Shown: piece after piece, positions 24,390 to 39,130 of the stretch
Numbering within the stretch: position 1 is the first letter of the stretch
Layout: each line of letters begins with the position of its first letter
Notes under the pieces: model-generated
The model's input: the letters and a program-made list of their open reading frames with translations, nothing else
Databases searched by the model: none
Told to the model about the DNA's origin: nothing
Position numbers and translations under genes: made by a program
Source: Octopus bimaculoides
Lineage: Eukaryota
Assembly: GCF_001194135.2 (NCBI RefSeq)
Contig: NC_068984.1
Coordinates: 35,669,201 to 35,724,934 of the forward strand
Length of the DNA stretch: 55,734 nt
Reading direction: 5' to 3'

Positions 24390-27300
24390 AAATAAAATGT
24401 AATACAGCAATAATCAATTAGAATTGCTTAGTTTTAGCTATATTGAACATAACCCACAATTAGCATTATTTTGTTTGAGAAATTTCCAAAACAACAAATA
24501 TTTTACAGTTTCATTACCCTCCTGCTAATTCTCGTCTACGAAAAAAATTAATTGGCTTTATTACTGAAACGAAAAGGAATGCACTACAGCGATTCGTATT
24601 ATTTAGTTACATGGAATCATTTCGAACAGATTGGAAACATTAATTATTTTTCTCACCAAAATGTATCAAGAATCATAAATTGGTTTGAATGTAATTTTAT
24701 TTAATGTGTGCGTAATCTAGACCTTATGTTTCACATATATTTGGTGACTTAGTAGTAAAAATAATAAAGAAAACAAAGTCGAAAAATCTATTTCACATAA
24801 TTTCGAAATTTCAAGTGCCTTGCAGAGCTTGAAGTTATAAATTTTAGAGCTTGAGATTTTAACACTTTTGTTGCTGAAGTGTTTTGTAATAGGGGATTGA
24901 TTCGTAAAAATGAATGTAAAAAATAAAACAAGGAATGGCAAACGTGTTATAAATTGATTTTTGGTTCATTATTTAAATTTTCAAGTAGACTACGAAGCTT
25001 GAAGATTTACATTTAAGAGTTTCAGATATTAACATAGTTGTTTTAAAGGATTTCATAATAAAAATATATTCTTGAAAACACATTTCGAAAACCTTTGTAA
25101 AAAGTACCTTTTTCGCTCCNNNNNNNNNNNNNNNNNNNNNNNNNNNNNNNNNNNNNNNNNNNNNNNNNNNNNNNNNNNNNNNNNNNNNNNNNNNNNNNNN
25201 NNNNNNNNNNNNNNNNNNNNNNNNNNNNNNNNNNNNNNNNNNNNNNNNNNNNNNNNNNNNNNNNNNNNNNNNNNNNNNNNNNNNNNNNNNNNNNNNNNNN
25301 NNNNNNNNNNNNNNNNNNNNNNNNNNNNNNNNNNNNNNNNNNNNNNNNNNNNNNNNNNNNNNNNNNNNNNNNNNNNNNNNNNNNNNNNNNNNNNNNNNNN
25401 NNNNNNNNNNNNNNNNNNNNNNNNNNNNNNNNNNNNNNNNNNNNNNNNNNNNNNNNNNNNNNNNNNNNNNNNNNNNNNNNNNNNNNNNNNNNNNNNNNNN
25501 NNNNNNNNNNNNNNNNNNNNNNNNNNNNNNNNNNNNNNNNNNNNNNNNNNNNNNNNNNNNNNNNNNNNNNNNNNNNNNNNNNNNNNNNNNNNNNNNNNNN
25601 NNNNNNNNNNNNNNNNNNNNNNNNNNNNNNNNNNNNNNNNNNNNNNNNNNNNNNNNNNNNNNNNNNNNNNNNNNNNNNNNNNNNNNNNNNNNNNNNNNNN
25701 NNNNNNNNNNNNNNNNNNNNNNNNNNNNNNNNNNNNNNNNNNNNNNNNNNNNNNNNNNNNNNNNNNNNNNNNNNNNNNNNNNNNNNNNNNNNNNTATATA
25801 TATATATATATATTAGGAAGAACATGGGAATGTGGATACTACTGTCTTCCAATATCGGGTGCTTGACGGACCAAGTTGCCAGAAAAGTGTCAAATCTACA
25901 TTATTCTTCTTGAAATCGCTTTCAAATAATATCACCCCAAGCATACATACGTACTTATATGTGTAGATATGTACATGCATAATACATACTTACATACATA
26001 TATATTTATATGTGTGCGTGTTTGTGTGAGTGTATGTGTGTTGGCCTGTATGCATGTTTAATTAACTATGAATCTATTCAAATTCATCTTGAGCAGTACA
26101 ATTGTTTTTCGAGATTGTTAATATTGCTTCTTTAAGTATCAGGTCCACGGCTAATATCTGCACATTTCCGGACAGTTGGATGGTTTCAAGATGATGAGAG
26201 TCGGATATGACTCATGGAGAAGTTGATGATAAATGCTTACCTACAATATAGTACTTCTTTGAACCTGAAAATGTATATTGTAGCTGGTTCTTTAAAACTT
26301 TCGTGTCTGCGTAGCAATTTAAGTTCCACGCGTTTTCATAGCTTTTAGAGGAATCTCTGCGATGTGTTTCTAAATTTGTGTATATTTGTCTTTCGCATCT
26401 ATTTATATACGATGGATTCGAGCCTCACTCGAAATTCTTCATCTGATACTAAAGTATACATTTTGATATCAAATATATGTAATAAAAAGCTAAAAGTGTA
26501 ACTTGACACCTGGCTGCTACCGCATTTGTTCCTCGGTTATAAATGAAACCCGATATATATTAACCCTTTAAATGCGGAATTAATTTTCACAATTATTTCA
26601 GTAATGATGTTAAGTATCTACCAAAAACAAAAACATTTTTTTTTCTTGCAACAAAATATAGATTGGTGTATAAAACTACTTTCCGTCGTCTTGGGTAATG
26701 ACATTTTGGGTGGATATATCTGATTTCCTTTGTAAATGGGTTACAAATTTAGATTTCAAAGAATTCTGGAATTGAGAAGGTATGATGATTCTGTGATTGT
26801 CTAACAATCTTCCTCTTGAAGACTTTGGTCCATTTTTAACATTGTGGTAACTACATATAAAGCATCAAATGCCTCCTTCGATTTTATATTTCAAATGAGA
26901 ATAACCAGTATTTGTAGCCTATCATTCGACAGCGTAAATGATTTCTTGTCAACATTTTTATTTCACCTGCCTGTAGGTCAGTGAAACAGAGAAGAGTAGA
27001 TAAATGTTTGTTTATGTCTTTGAGTTTCAATATAAGAATGTGATCGTATCACATTTGTTTAGGGAAGACGAGCCCATGCAACATTCACTCAGGCATTCCC
27101 GTCTCACGCGTTTTTGCTCAACCCATAGCACATTTTTATACTCCTACAGACACGGCATTAAGAACACCAGCCAGTAATTACTTGTGAAAAGCCTGTACTT
27201 TCTCTGAATTTCCATTCTTCCTACGAATTCGCACACTAGACTGGAAATTGAAAGGTTCAAAATGTACATTTCTTTCAACACATGCTTTAGCTTGCAAGCG

Positions 27301-27822
27301 CTTGTAATAACCAACAAACGATTCTTATAATATTTGTACATAATCATAGACTGGCGATTCGGTTCATCCCCGGTTTGATTCAGGTACGTAGTGTTGTTAA
27401 GCCAGTAAATGGCGAGATATCAATATCAGTCCTGGATAGGTGAGTTGCCTCGAATGCCAAAGACTTTCAGGCAATGTATCACAGTACTCTGAGGAAGGGG
27501 CCCCCATCGCACTGTTGGGCAGTGAAGTGGCAAACAAGCAAAACATATACATTGAGTACATGCGGTCGATAACGTATGTTTCTGTGTGTGTGCGCACGTG
27601 TATGTGCGAGCGTGTGTGCACGAGCTTGCGCGTGCGTGTGGTTGCGTGTCTATGTGTGTGTATTTGTGTGTCATGTAGCACTTGTAATATGTAAAGCAGA
27701 TGATGGGGTCATAGGTCACTAAACCGGTAAACCCACCATGCTTCCAAGAAATGGAGGTTAATTATTAGAAATCTTGCAGGAGGAAATAAGCTAAATTGCT
27801 TGTCCCTCATGCTCTGTAAACA

Positions 27823-27883
<61 letters not shown>

Positions 27884-29296
27884 ATATGATATAAGGGGAA
27901 AATTGAGAGTTTTAACTGATAAAATTCAATTTAATAGCATATTATCGAAATTCTCTGTACCCTACAATTTGTTTCCATACTTTATTACAAATTTATAAGT
28001 TAGAAATTAAAANNNNNNNNNNGAATTAAACACTTATAAAAATCACATCATAAACAAACGGGATTTGATCGAAAGACTCAACATTAAAATACTGTTTGTG
28101 CGTGCGTGTGCATGTTAATACTTTAAAAACATATATATTTATGCATTTTGTTTCCATTTATTTGTGTGTGAGTGTCTGTGCGTTAAATTTATTTGTTCGT
28201 GGCACCTTAATTATTTTTGAAAAACCGTTGCCTGTGTATCATCTTTTGTTTATAATTTGTGTGTATATGTACGTTAATAAAATTTATCACGTGATAGAAC
28301 TGAGATCTTCAAACTTACTGCAGTTAAAGTATTTGTATTCCACGTCTTCAAAATATGTTTTGCATACATTTCTATGATTAGACAAAATAATGAATGTCAA
28401 TAGTCGGGAAAATATATTATTTCTATTATTCGAACAATTACTATTATACAATTATATCTACAATTTATTATTTTATTATTTTATTCCACATAATCTGATA
28501 CAAGTTTATTACAATTATACTTAATTAAACATATTTATATTTATTAAATTATCTTATTCATATTTTTATCCACGTTTTTATTTTATTGTATTTTCATTTA
28601 TTTGTAGCTTTTAAATACAAATTTGAATGAATGCGTACATGTTAAACTTTATTCGCGTTTAGTTAAGACGTTTGTGCTTAAATTTTAAAACTAGAAGATT
28701 TCTTCAATACAAAGATCACAACGGGTGTCTTCGATTTTATAGGATCAAGCGCGGATGATAATTTCCCACTGGATGTGAAAGTCCTTAATGTTTGTCCTTT
28801 TCCATGTTTAAAATTTCATGTTCATCAGAATGTAGAATAAATAACTGTATAATAGTAAATCTTATAATAGTAATAATAATATATTTTCTCGAATATTTAC
28901 TTTCATAATTTTGTCTAATGTTAGAAATGTATGCACCACTTATTTTGATGACGTAGCATACAAAGCGTTGTCGTTATGTAAAACTGTCGTATGTCCAAAG
29001 TTTTCCAGGTCAAACTATCGTATCTGCAGCTGCTTTAAGTACCAAGATATCAGAAATTATCAAAGTGTAGCACAAGAGACAGACAGAAACAAGGAAAATG
29101 CCCCTGTTATTTGAATACTATACGAATATGTCTTTAAAAAGCCTTTCTTTTTAAATTTACCAAAATTTTATTTTTCAATAGTTTTTCAAAAATTTATTAT
29201 TCATACTTACTGTTGAAAAGATCTCAAGAATCGAAACCGCTACTTTAATGTTCTTTATAAAAGTTTTTTAGCATTTTCTATTTTGTCTTTTTTTCC

Positions 29297-29329
<33 letters not shown>

Positions 29330-29397
29330 CGTGGGTGTGTGTGGGTGTGTGGGTGTGTGTGTGTATGTGTGCGTGTGCGTGTATGTGTATGTACGTG

Positions 29398-29429
<32 letters not shown>

Positions 29430-29430
29430 A

Positions 29431-29462
<32 letters not shown>

Positions 29463-30140
29463 GTATATATATATATGTATGTATACACATATATACATAC
29501 ACACATATGTGTTTGTATGCTTGTTTTTATATTCAGTTATATTGAATTTATTTATTTGATAGTTTAATCTATAATTTTCTAGAGTAAAAATTTATTACTC
29601 TTAAATATATATATATATATATATTTGTATGCAAGAAGACTAAAGGTCCCATTTCCTTCATCTTATTATTTTTAAGTTTAATTTCATTTTTAGCTTCTAT
29701 AATAGCCCCACATTAGTATAAATCCAGATCAAAGTTTGAAGAATTTTTATAAACAAGCATCAGAATTTACCTCTATCGTATATCAAGATACACGCTTGTT
29801 TACAACTTTCTCCATACATGAATAAATTATAAACAGTAACACCAAATTTAATCAGGGTATTTGCCCCAAGTACCTTTCCATAGTACCCAACCGAAAAAAC
29901 CTAATTGCCATTCCATTCAACTCCATACACACGGAAAATGTTAAGCGATATAGATTTTAACTATATAAACGCAAGATTAATATTAATGCTTCGCAGTCGA
30001 ACTATGACGTAATTAGCCGAAATTTGTACACACACACACATACACACACATACATATATGTGCATATATATATATTTACATATATATATATATGTGTGTA
30101 TATATATATATGTATATATATATGTGTATGTGTGTGTGCG

Positions 30141-30172
<32 letters not shown>

Positions 30173-30450
30173 NNNNNNNNNNNNNNNNNNNNNNNNNNNN
30201 NNNNNNNNNNNNNNNNNNNNNNNNNNNNNNNNNNNNNNNNNNNNNNNNNNNNNNNNNNNNNNNNNNNNNNNNNNNNNNNNNNNNNNNNNNNNNNNNNNNN
30301 NNNNNNNNNNNNNNNNNNNNNNNNNNNNNNNNNNNNNNNNNNNNNNNNNNNNNNNNNNNNNNNNNNNNNNNNNNNNNNNNNNNNNNNNNNNNNNNNNNNN
30401 NNNNNNNNNNNNNNNNNNNNNNNNNNNNNNNNNNNNNNNNNNNNNNNNNN

Positions 30451-30498
<48 letters not shown>

Positions 30499-30910
30499 AC
30501 AATTCCATCAGGATGGACATTGTCGTCGGTTCCATCGAAATCAATTCGTAAGAACATTTCTGTTCAATTTTCGAAAATTACAAGCACTGAATTAGAAGGA
30601 ACATGTACAACAAGCTATGACATAAACACTTAAGTTGTTTTTAGATCAATAGGTATAGCTTGAATGCCAGTAGTGGAATTTAATGTATGTGGTGTGTGGT
30701 GCTTGTCTCTCCATACACAAATATATCAATAAAATGTATAAGGGTAACTCTGAAGGACTTCTTTCCAAATGATGCACAGTTAATATATCTTTTCCTATAC
30801 ATTCTTATTGTAATTCTCTTAATAATGCTAATAAAAATTTGTCTAATTAACGATGCCTTGGTATTAACATCACTTTGTTTTTACATTCTGTGAAAATATC
30901 TCTGTGGCAT

Positions 30911-31116
30911 AAGGCTGCGGGCTAACAGAAACCTTTGCACGCTTAAGGGTATTTCGTCTGTCTTAACGTTCTGAGCTCAAATTCTGTTCAGGTCGACTTT
31001 GCCTTTCGTCATTTCACGGTCGATAAATTAAGTACCCGTTGCGTACTGGGGACAATATAATCGAGTGACCCCCCTCCCCCAAAATTTTGGACCTTGTGTC
31101 CAGAGCAGATAAGAAT
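30911..31116 (+). mobile_element. SINE, near full length with a small 5' internal deletion
   Basis: AAGGCTGCGGGCTAACAGAA..CGTTCTGAGCTCAAATTC..GGTCGACTTTGCCTTTC..CGATAAATTAAGTACC..CCCCCAAAATTTTGGACCTTGTG. Confidence 0.85.
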
Positions 31117-32351
31117 ATCTATGTTGCATATATATAGTTATCTAAACATTGTGGAAACGGAGTTGCCGCATGTGAATTATCTCTAGAACCAATAACTCAG
31201 AATGAAAGCAAGATAAAGTTTCAATTCACAGGTGTGAGGGATATATTGTGAATACGTTTCGTTTAATATTATGGAAAGATATTCTGTTAGTACATATTAC
31301 TACGTTGCATATACGACATACTACATCTAAGCGGTTCCTGAAAGTTGTTCAGCAGTACCTTGCGAATGAAAGAAACATGTAAATTACAGAGAAGGATGCA
31401 AGGCTGTATCGTTATGTTTCTTAATACAGGGGAAGTGTACTAAGATTGTTGCGTTATTCTGTACACCAGAACATATGTATGGTAAACTTTGAGGGATCAA
31501 AAGAAGCGTTCAGAAATCATTGGAATACTTCACCTATTAATTACTGTAAGTCTGTTTAATGCAGCAGAGTGCAATCACAGCCTTCACCTCAAAGAACATA
31601 TAGAATATAGATAAATTCGTAGATAAATTCTTAGCTTAGGCTTCGGTATTTACGTATTATTTGGCGTTTTGTGCATTCAAATTTGATGCATCAAAAGATC
31701 TACAGAGCGATAAATTCGTCCGTATGCCATCGTCCATTGATGTGTTAATTATGTTCATCAAATCTTAACGAAAATATTGTAGCTAAACGGTTCTCATAGA
31801 AAATATATATAAGCACCAAACTTCATAGCGCTGAAAATATATTGACACAATATAAACAAAAAATATATATTCTATAAATATTCTTTAAGTGAAACGGAAC
31901 GGTTAAGAGACACAAAATAACACATTAAATCCCATGTTAGATTTTTTTTCATTGTCTGTTTGAGCCCTATTCTTCATATGCCGCATAATCAATGTATTTA
32001 ACATATATATGTGCTAGTAGACAAGATATATTTTCTAAAATTTTCATCGTATATAACATTGTGACGGTCGAAGACGGGTTCTTAATTTGTGGATTGTACT
32101 CCTTTTAAATGCAGTTTCCACTACCAAATTATAGCATAGGATAATAAAGAACATTATGAAACATGTGACACGATCGATTCAACAATTTTAATTATGAATT
32201 CATTCAAACTATCAAAATATATGTCTTAATATGCGTTTTATAAAGAAACATCATGGAAAATATAAAATATCATTCAAACAAATCGATGGTGGACAAAACT
32301 GGATTTCGCTTTCTAAATACTTCAAAATTGTTCAGTGTACTAATTTAATTA

Positions 32352-33636
32352 CGAGGATCAGTCAAAAATTATCGGCACGTTCACCATAACATATCTTCAT
32401 TATTTTGAAACTGGCTTCTGCGCAGGCATGCTTATAGTTGGCGTTATTGTGGCCACATGATCGAAGTTTGAGCCTGATCGCGCTATTTTTCTTGCGGGCT
32501 CTACAGTGTAAGCATGGCCGCTCTACTAGCAATGTACACCAAAGCAGAAAAAAGAGCAGTATTCCGATTTCTCTGGTCCAAAAGTGTGTAATGTGCTAAA
32601 ATTCATCGTAGGCTTTTACTACAATATGGGGACAGTGCACTACCGCATAGAATTATGTATGAGTGGACCGAGAAGCTTAAAAGTGGCCGGACAAGCGTAA
32701 TTCACGAAGAGGAAGCAAGACACCCGGCAACGTCCACCAATAACGAGAAGATTAAGCAGGCTGGAAAGATGGTAATGGTGAACCGGCGAATTAACATCGA
32801 TAAGATGACTCGTTCTCTGCGTATTAGATATGGTTCTGCCAATTAAAACATCCACAATGAACTCAGCTTCCATTAAGTCTGTGCAAGATGGGTGCAAAAG
32901 AGGCTTACTGCAGAGCACTAGCGCAAACGTCTTGAGGTCTGCCAACGTTTACTCGATCGCAACAGCAATGAAACCTGGAATTTTTGAGCAGAATTATCAC
33001 TGGAGATGATACGTGTGTCCAACATCATGAGACATAATCTAAATGACAGAGCTTGAACTGGAGACATCCTGGCTCGCCAGAGACGCAGAAATTCAAATCT
33101 CAGTATTCTGCAGGATGTGTGATGTTCACCCTCTTGGGGCAAAATAGTCTATACTGGAAGATTATCTAGAAATGGGGTGTACAGTCAACAGTACAAGATG
33201 CAGTGCTTTACTGGACAACAAACTGATGCCAGAAATTCGCACCAAATGCTGAAGCCTACTGTCGAAGAAAGTTTTGTTGTTGCGTGACTATGCACGCACA
33301 CACACGGTCACTCAGACCGTTGAAACTATTAACCAATTTGGTTTTGAGGTGCTGGAAAGCCCTACGCACAGCCCAGATCTTGTCCCTACTGACTGTCATT
33401 TGTTCGGATTGCTCAAAAATGATTTCCTACGGATGTCGATGTGAAATTAGCAGTGCAATGATGGTTGCACAACCAACGAAAAAACTTCTTCTTGGATGGA
33501 GTACGCAAGCTTATGAACTGCTGGACCAAGTGCATCGGAAAGGAAGGAAACTATATAGAAAAATGACGTACTTGTATATCTCCTGCTTTTGAGTAACTAC
33601 ATTGAAAGAAGGCGTATAATGTTTGACTCACGCACG
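32352..33636 (+). mobile_element. Full-length (1285 bp) decayed mariner DNA transposon
   Basis: Left TA|CGAGGATCAGTCAAAAATT and right AATGTTTGACTCACGCACG form an imperfect inverted repeat. The size is typical of mariner and it encloses a transposase pseudogene. The right TA TSD is not intact. Confidence 0.85.
32514..33566 (+). pseudogene. Mariner transposase pseudogene with multiple stops and frameshifts
   Basis: MAALL..EKRAVFRFLWSK..YEWTEKLKSGRTSV.., CARWVQKRLT (WVP motif), RIITGDDT, LLRDYARTH and HSPDLVPTDCHLFG (YSPDLAPSD motif). Confidence 0.9.
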
Positions 33637-36600
33637 TTGTATTTTGGATGCTAATATTGCATGGTGTCTGTGATTTTGGTAAAAATCATTTAGACATGTG
33701 TCATTAATAGATTTACTATTTTCTATTTTCGAAATCGGAAGTGAGCTTAAGAGATAGCTGTTAAAATGAAAACCTAAGAGCCACGTCTGTCAATAACAGT
33801 AAGTGATAATACATAAGGCTAGTACTTTCCTGGAGCAAATCGGCTGCTTTGATTCTACTGCGTTTTCTCAAGTGCACACAGAGGCAATTATAGCAACTGT
33901 ACATGAGCGAATAACATTGGTGATTATTCCATACTCAGTAATATATAATTTCCATTTCACTTTTAAAATAAACAATGCAATGTTATTACAAGTTACGATA
34001 AATGGTTATTAATGATTTCTGCGTACTAAAGATAATATTTTTGTGCATTGCTTCTTATCCCGATTGTAATAATGAATTCTCTTTGAGAGAGTTTACATTC
34101 AGAATCCGATATTTCATTTAATACAGTGTTTTACTGCTACAAGTGACTCAGTAGATTTGCAACATACTTTACATATGGTTGTTAATTTTTGAAATGTATT
34201 CATATTACAATCAAATTTAAAGATATATATATATATATATATATTTGAAAATAAATTCATAGCAAATCTGGAAAGAATTTGTAAATGAAATAAAAATTTC
34301 GTTGACCAAAACTTTCAGAATAATTGAGACCGGAGAACTGAAGATCTGGCGATGTGTGCCTTCATCATTGAATATGCGTCAGAATATACTTCATCTTTAA
34401 TAATACATCGAAACTACCTCCATTTTGTTTCCACCTTGCTTAAATTAAATAATATATCGTTATGATTTAAACTGCTTGAACTTAATGATTTTGGAATATT
34501 TAGTAACATATTTAGGGTAATATGTATATCATTGCACAAGATCTTATTGTCAAAGAATGTCTCACTACTTCATTTTAAAATCAATACATGAGATATTACT
34601 CGTTATATTAGTGAATATTATAAATATTATGAAAGATAAATTGCTGATTCTAGTTATATACGATTATGTTATTAATTCTGCCGTAGTAGACGTTGAGAGC
34701 TAGATCGATCTGATCGACTTCCGTCCTCCCTCGAAATTGTGAAATCAATATTTTATATGAGTCTTGCTAATATGAATCTCCACTAAAAGTCGGAAAGGAA
34801 ACGCGTGAACACCGGGTTTCGATCCCAATGTAAAACAGTTCAATTAGTATTGGAAATATATATATTTTTCATTCTTTAAGGATTCTGTCATTCTGCCTCT
34901 TTAAAGAAACTTGAATAAATATTGAAGTACATGTTACCGGAACTTATATGAACTAGTAATTACATTATAAAACTGATATTGCTCCCTACCATCTACAATA
35001 AATCCAAATTAGCATTTTGCGTTTTTATTAGAGCTACATTTATGCATATCTATGAGAAAGGATACATGGAATGCCAACCGCATAATCCCTAAAAATAATA
35101 ATCAACTAAAATGAATGCAATTTTTGTAGAGATCAATATTTTGCGTCTTGTTTTACATTTTCAATGAATTTTATTTAATTCCAACAAAACAATATATACA
35201 TTTATAATGATAGATATAAATCATTTAGAATATCATCTGATACACAAACCAAATGATATTATGATGTATGTCACGTATCCTTATAGGCATCAATGGTCCC
35301 AGTTCTATTTTTAACGAGGAATATTGTTAGCAAGCATGAAGATTTAATCAAGTGAAATACATCGCTTATTACTTGGAATATTGTATTCGAATTCAAGACG
35401 TCACGACGTATACTATTATATGCCACGTAATATTGCTTCGTTGCAAACAATCTTCCAATAAAAAACTATATATCGATATTAATGCCTGAATCTAATATGA
35501 GATTTCAAGCTCTAAGTAACAGGTAACAATTAAATTGTTGAAGATTCGCGCTCTCAAGCGATCGGCATATTTCCTACATTAGCTTTTGGTTATCGTTTCT
35601 ACAGGCCTACAGGACGGAATATGAACTTTAAAATATTACCCCGAAACTAGGGATCGTCTTATATAACTCCTATGAAATTTGAAACTTCATGTTGTTTAGA
35701 GTAGTACGAATGTCAGTGTAGAACAGTGTCACTGGCTCAGTACCTGTGTTTGTGTTCCATATTCCAAAATAATGACACCTTTATCATACTTCCAAAATGG
35801 GACTTAATGCATGTGTATCTACGTGAATATATGTGCATGTGTGGGGTTTGTGCGCCAAAAAAAAACATATACGGAAATGAATTTGCGCAATGTTACACCT
35901 CTGAATTTTTTAAAATTGTGATAATGAATCAAGAGGTTTAGTCGTTACCGCGAAAATTAATTCCCCTTGCATTTCTCTCTTTTTCAATATTGAATTAAAA
36001 GACAATATGTTCTTAGCAACAACGTTAAAACTTTAGTAACTTGATCGATCTCTCATTGAACCAGTATTTTGATTTCATTTGATACACACTTCGCAATTCG
36101 TTTATATAAGAATTTGCAAGCGTGGCATATAATGACAACTTATTTTGATAGAAATTTTATGAGTACATTATCGTAAATGTTTTTCTTGAGCGCTCAGAAG
36201 AGTATGTCAAATATATTTTGTGTACTTCTTTCCCTGTTCATTCGGATAAGCTATACAAATTGTTGCGTGCGCGTGCACCCACAAGCACGAAAATTCTCCG
36301 GATATTTAGCTGATATTTCTAGTATATCGAGTCTTGTGGTAAGGGCTTCACATGACGTGGTCCTTTCTTTTTTTAAAAAATCTTTTATTAAACATAACTT
36401 CTCTTGGAAAGTTTAGATAGTACCGTGTATCAAACTCATTAATACCGAAAGTACATGCTATTTTTTCAATGCTATATCTTCTGTTACACATTCACAGATG
36501 TGTCGCAATCCCCCAAATGAAAGAAAATCATGTTAATTAGCATGAATGCATCACGTCTTCATATAATTTCTGTGAATTACACGTAAACAAGGAAGGTCGG

Positions 36601-36934
36601 AATGCATATAAACAGTTATAAATTATTATGTCTGTATTTGGCATGAGTAACAGAAAACCATGATTGTTAATTTAGATATGTAAATGTATGTGGTTAAGAA
36701 AAGGAAGTAGAAATGTTTATATGGGTTACTATATTTATAAATGTACATTGAGAAGTTTATTAATGTTTTGTTCTATCAATGTCTTTTCGAACGTATTCGC
36801 GTTTGCAAATATAATATGAGATTGACAAAATCAATTAATCAAGGAAATGTTTAATTTTTTTACATTAAATTAAATACCAAATTTGAGACACATGGTTGGC
36901 AATATATACATACATGCATTTATATTTATATATG

Positions 36935-36979
<45 letters not shown>

Positions 36980-37327
36980 TGATAAAGAATGTACAAGTAT
37001 GTGTGCTCACTAATACAACTTATCAAGAATGTCCTTAATGACACACGTTTCAATTTGGCATTCCTAATTAAGCAGAAATGATTGGTATAGGATCCAAAAT
37101 AAGACCACAGCAGTCGCATATACATACGTCAAATTGTATGAACACTAATAGGTAAGTGTCTCATCTTGAAATACACAGCATATCACGGAGACTGGAAACA
37201 CAGCAAATGAGAGCTATGAGAAATACATATCAATCAGATATGAAACATTCTCATAACGACCGGATGACACTTATGCATGCAACATATAATGACAAATAAC
37301 ACCCACCCACACACACATATATATACA

Positions 37328-37640
37328 CTAGTAATGCATCCCGGCGTTGCGCAGGCATTATGACATACAGCCACACTGTATTATTTGTTCCTTTCTTATA
37401 AACAGAATCGACACAGCTGATGTATAGGGAACTAGATTACTGGCGTAATGGAAGTTATTGTCTGTTTAAAAGTGAAGTGGGAGGGTACAATTTGCATAGG
37501 TTTGCGTGAAAGTGCTTTCTGTTCTTAAGGATCCCAATCTAGGTATTGTTTCGTCGTATAAAAAGGTGGTTAATATGATTGAGCCGAGAAATCAAGTTTT
37601 CTAAATTTCAGTTTCAGCCCTTCTCCATCGCAGTTTGTTA
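37328..37640 (-). mobile_element. Second Helitron 3' terminus and probable body
   Basis: Minus strand CCTGCGCAACGCCGGG hairpin, 8 nt, CTAG (37328-37331), T: the same geometry as at 9017. The right boundary is uncertain. Confidence 0.55.
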
Positions 37641-38166
37641 GTTTATAATCTTTTACGACAATTAAACCTACAGTCACCTTTCAACTTTCGATTTCTTTCA
37701 TTTAATTCTTACCCCAACCTCGGAAGTTATTCATGGTCTCTGTTTTCATATTCGATTTTATTTCATTTCCGAAAGAGATTTTACATATACATATATATAT
37801 GCTCGTTTGGTTTTCTAAATTTCTCCTTTCATCATTGCGATAATCTTCAGTCCAATGGTTTTATATGTATTTTCGCAGACTAAACTTCTTATCTCTCCTT
37901 CTCCTTTTCTTGTCACTTCGTATAACACTCCAATAGTTTCAACATTGCTGTTACTGCCAATGCGCATGACATCAAATTGTAGTCCATATTTAGTCACCAA
38001 ATAGTTAGGGTTTCAGCCTGTAGGAGTATTTACCAATGTTTTTTTTTTTATTTTTGCTTTATATGGAATTATTCTATTCCCCTCCTGCTCCAATTTGATT
38101 AGTAGTTGCTTGCAACGGCACGAACACATTTTATCCTCTATCTATCTATATCAATTTATCTATCTA

Positions 38167-39130
38167 GAGTGACTTGAACACAATCAAAGCATTCTATAGG
38201 AGATTAGTGTAGGGGAGGTACGACGACGATCATCTCGGGGCGAACCTGGGTGACGACGAGGAATATCTGACCCGCCTGTTCAAGACGACTTTCGGGCCAG
38301 GACCTATGGACAACTTCCAGAGATCTCTGGCCTAGCAGTGCTATCGAGAAGCGCTACCCGTTCGGGAGAAGCTCTACTGACATCGCTAGAGAAACACGGA
38401 GCCGACCTGTCCGAGATGAGGAGAGAGCGACGAAACCGTCCTGCACGCACTCGTATAGTGTCCCACCATTTCCGACCTGTGGGCTTATGTCGAACGACTG
38501 CTATCGCGTGTGGGACGAGTCAGTTTATCAACCGAGTCTATCGAGAGTATTGTCGCGCTTCCTTCCTTCAAACGGGAAGCAAGAGCCATTTTCATCGCAC
38601 ATCTGGCAATGGCGAAGGAATATGCATGGTGGACGCGTCTGAAGGGTCTAGAGACAAACACTTTCCCCTCTGGTCAATCTCTCATCAACTTCTTCAAGTA
38701 TCACTTGAAGAGTAAGGTGAGAGTAGAGAGGGACGTTTTGTCTAGTGAATGTTTAAAAAAAAAGATGGGTGAATGTAGCAAGGATGGTACGTGTAAATGA
38801 CACAGCCAGCTTGAATATAATCCCTAGAACCAAAAAAATAAGAAAGAAAGGAAAAAAGTGACGCACTTACTGTAATGTGTTATTTCTTCTTTTTTTTTTT
38901 GCATTACACTATTGCCCAAAGTTCCCATGGTCTTTTCCGTAGTCTTTCCTTTCCACGGATAAACCTAATCTGCTTTCCCTTTTTACATTAACATATCTGT
39001 GATACACGATCCTTATTGATCGGAATTCGACCCAAATTTTTCTTCTTCTCTTCTTCTTCCCAAAAAAGAAAAGCTCTACTTTGTAGTTTGTCCTCTGTGT
39101 GTTCAGCCCTGTGTGGCCAATAAAGAAACA
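38167..39130 (+). mobile_element. 5'-truncated Tx1/L1-clade non-LTR retrotransposon (ORF2 C-terminal zinc-finger region plus 3' UTR)
   Basis: Frame reads ..MDNFQRSLA*QCYREALPVREKLY*H..PTCPR*GESDETVLHALV*CPTISDLWAYVE..WWTRLKG.., the L1/Tx1 CxxC..ETxxHxxxxC motif. Ends AATAAAGAAACA followed by (TATC)n. Confidence 0.85.
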
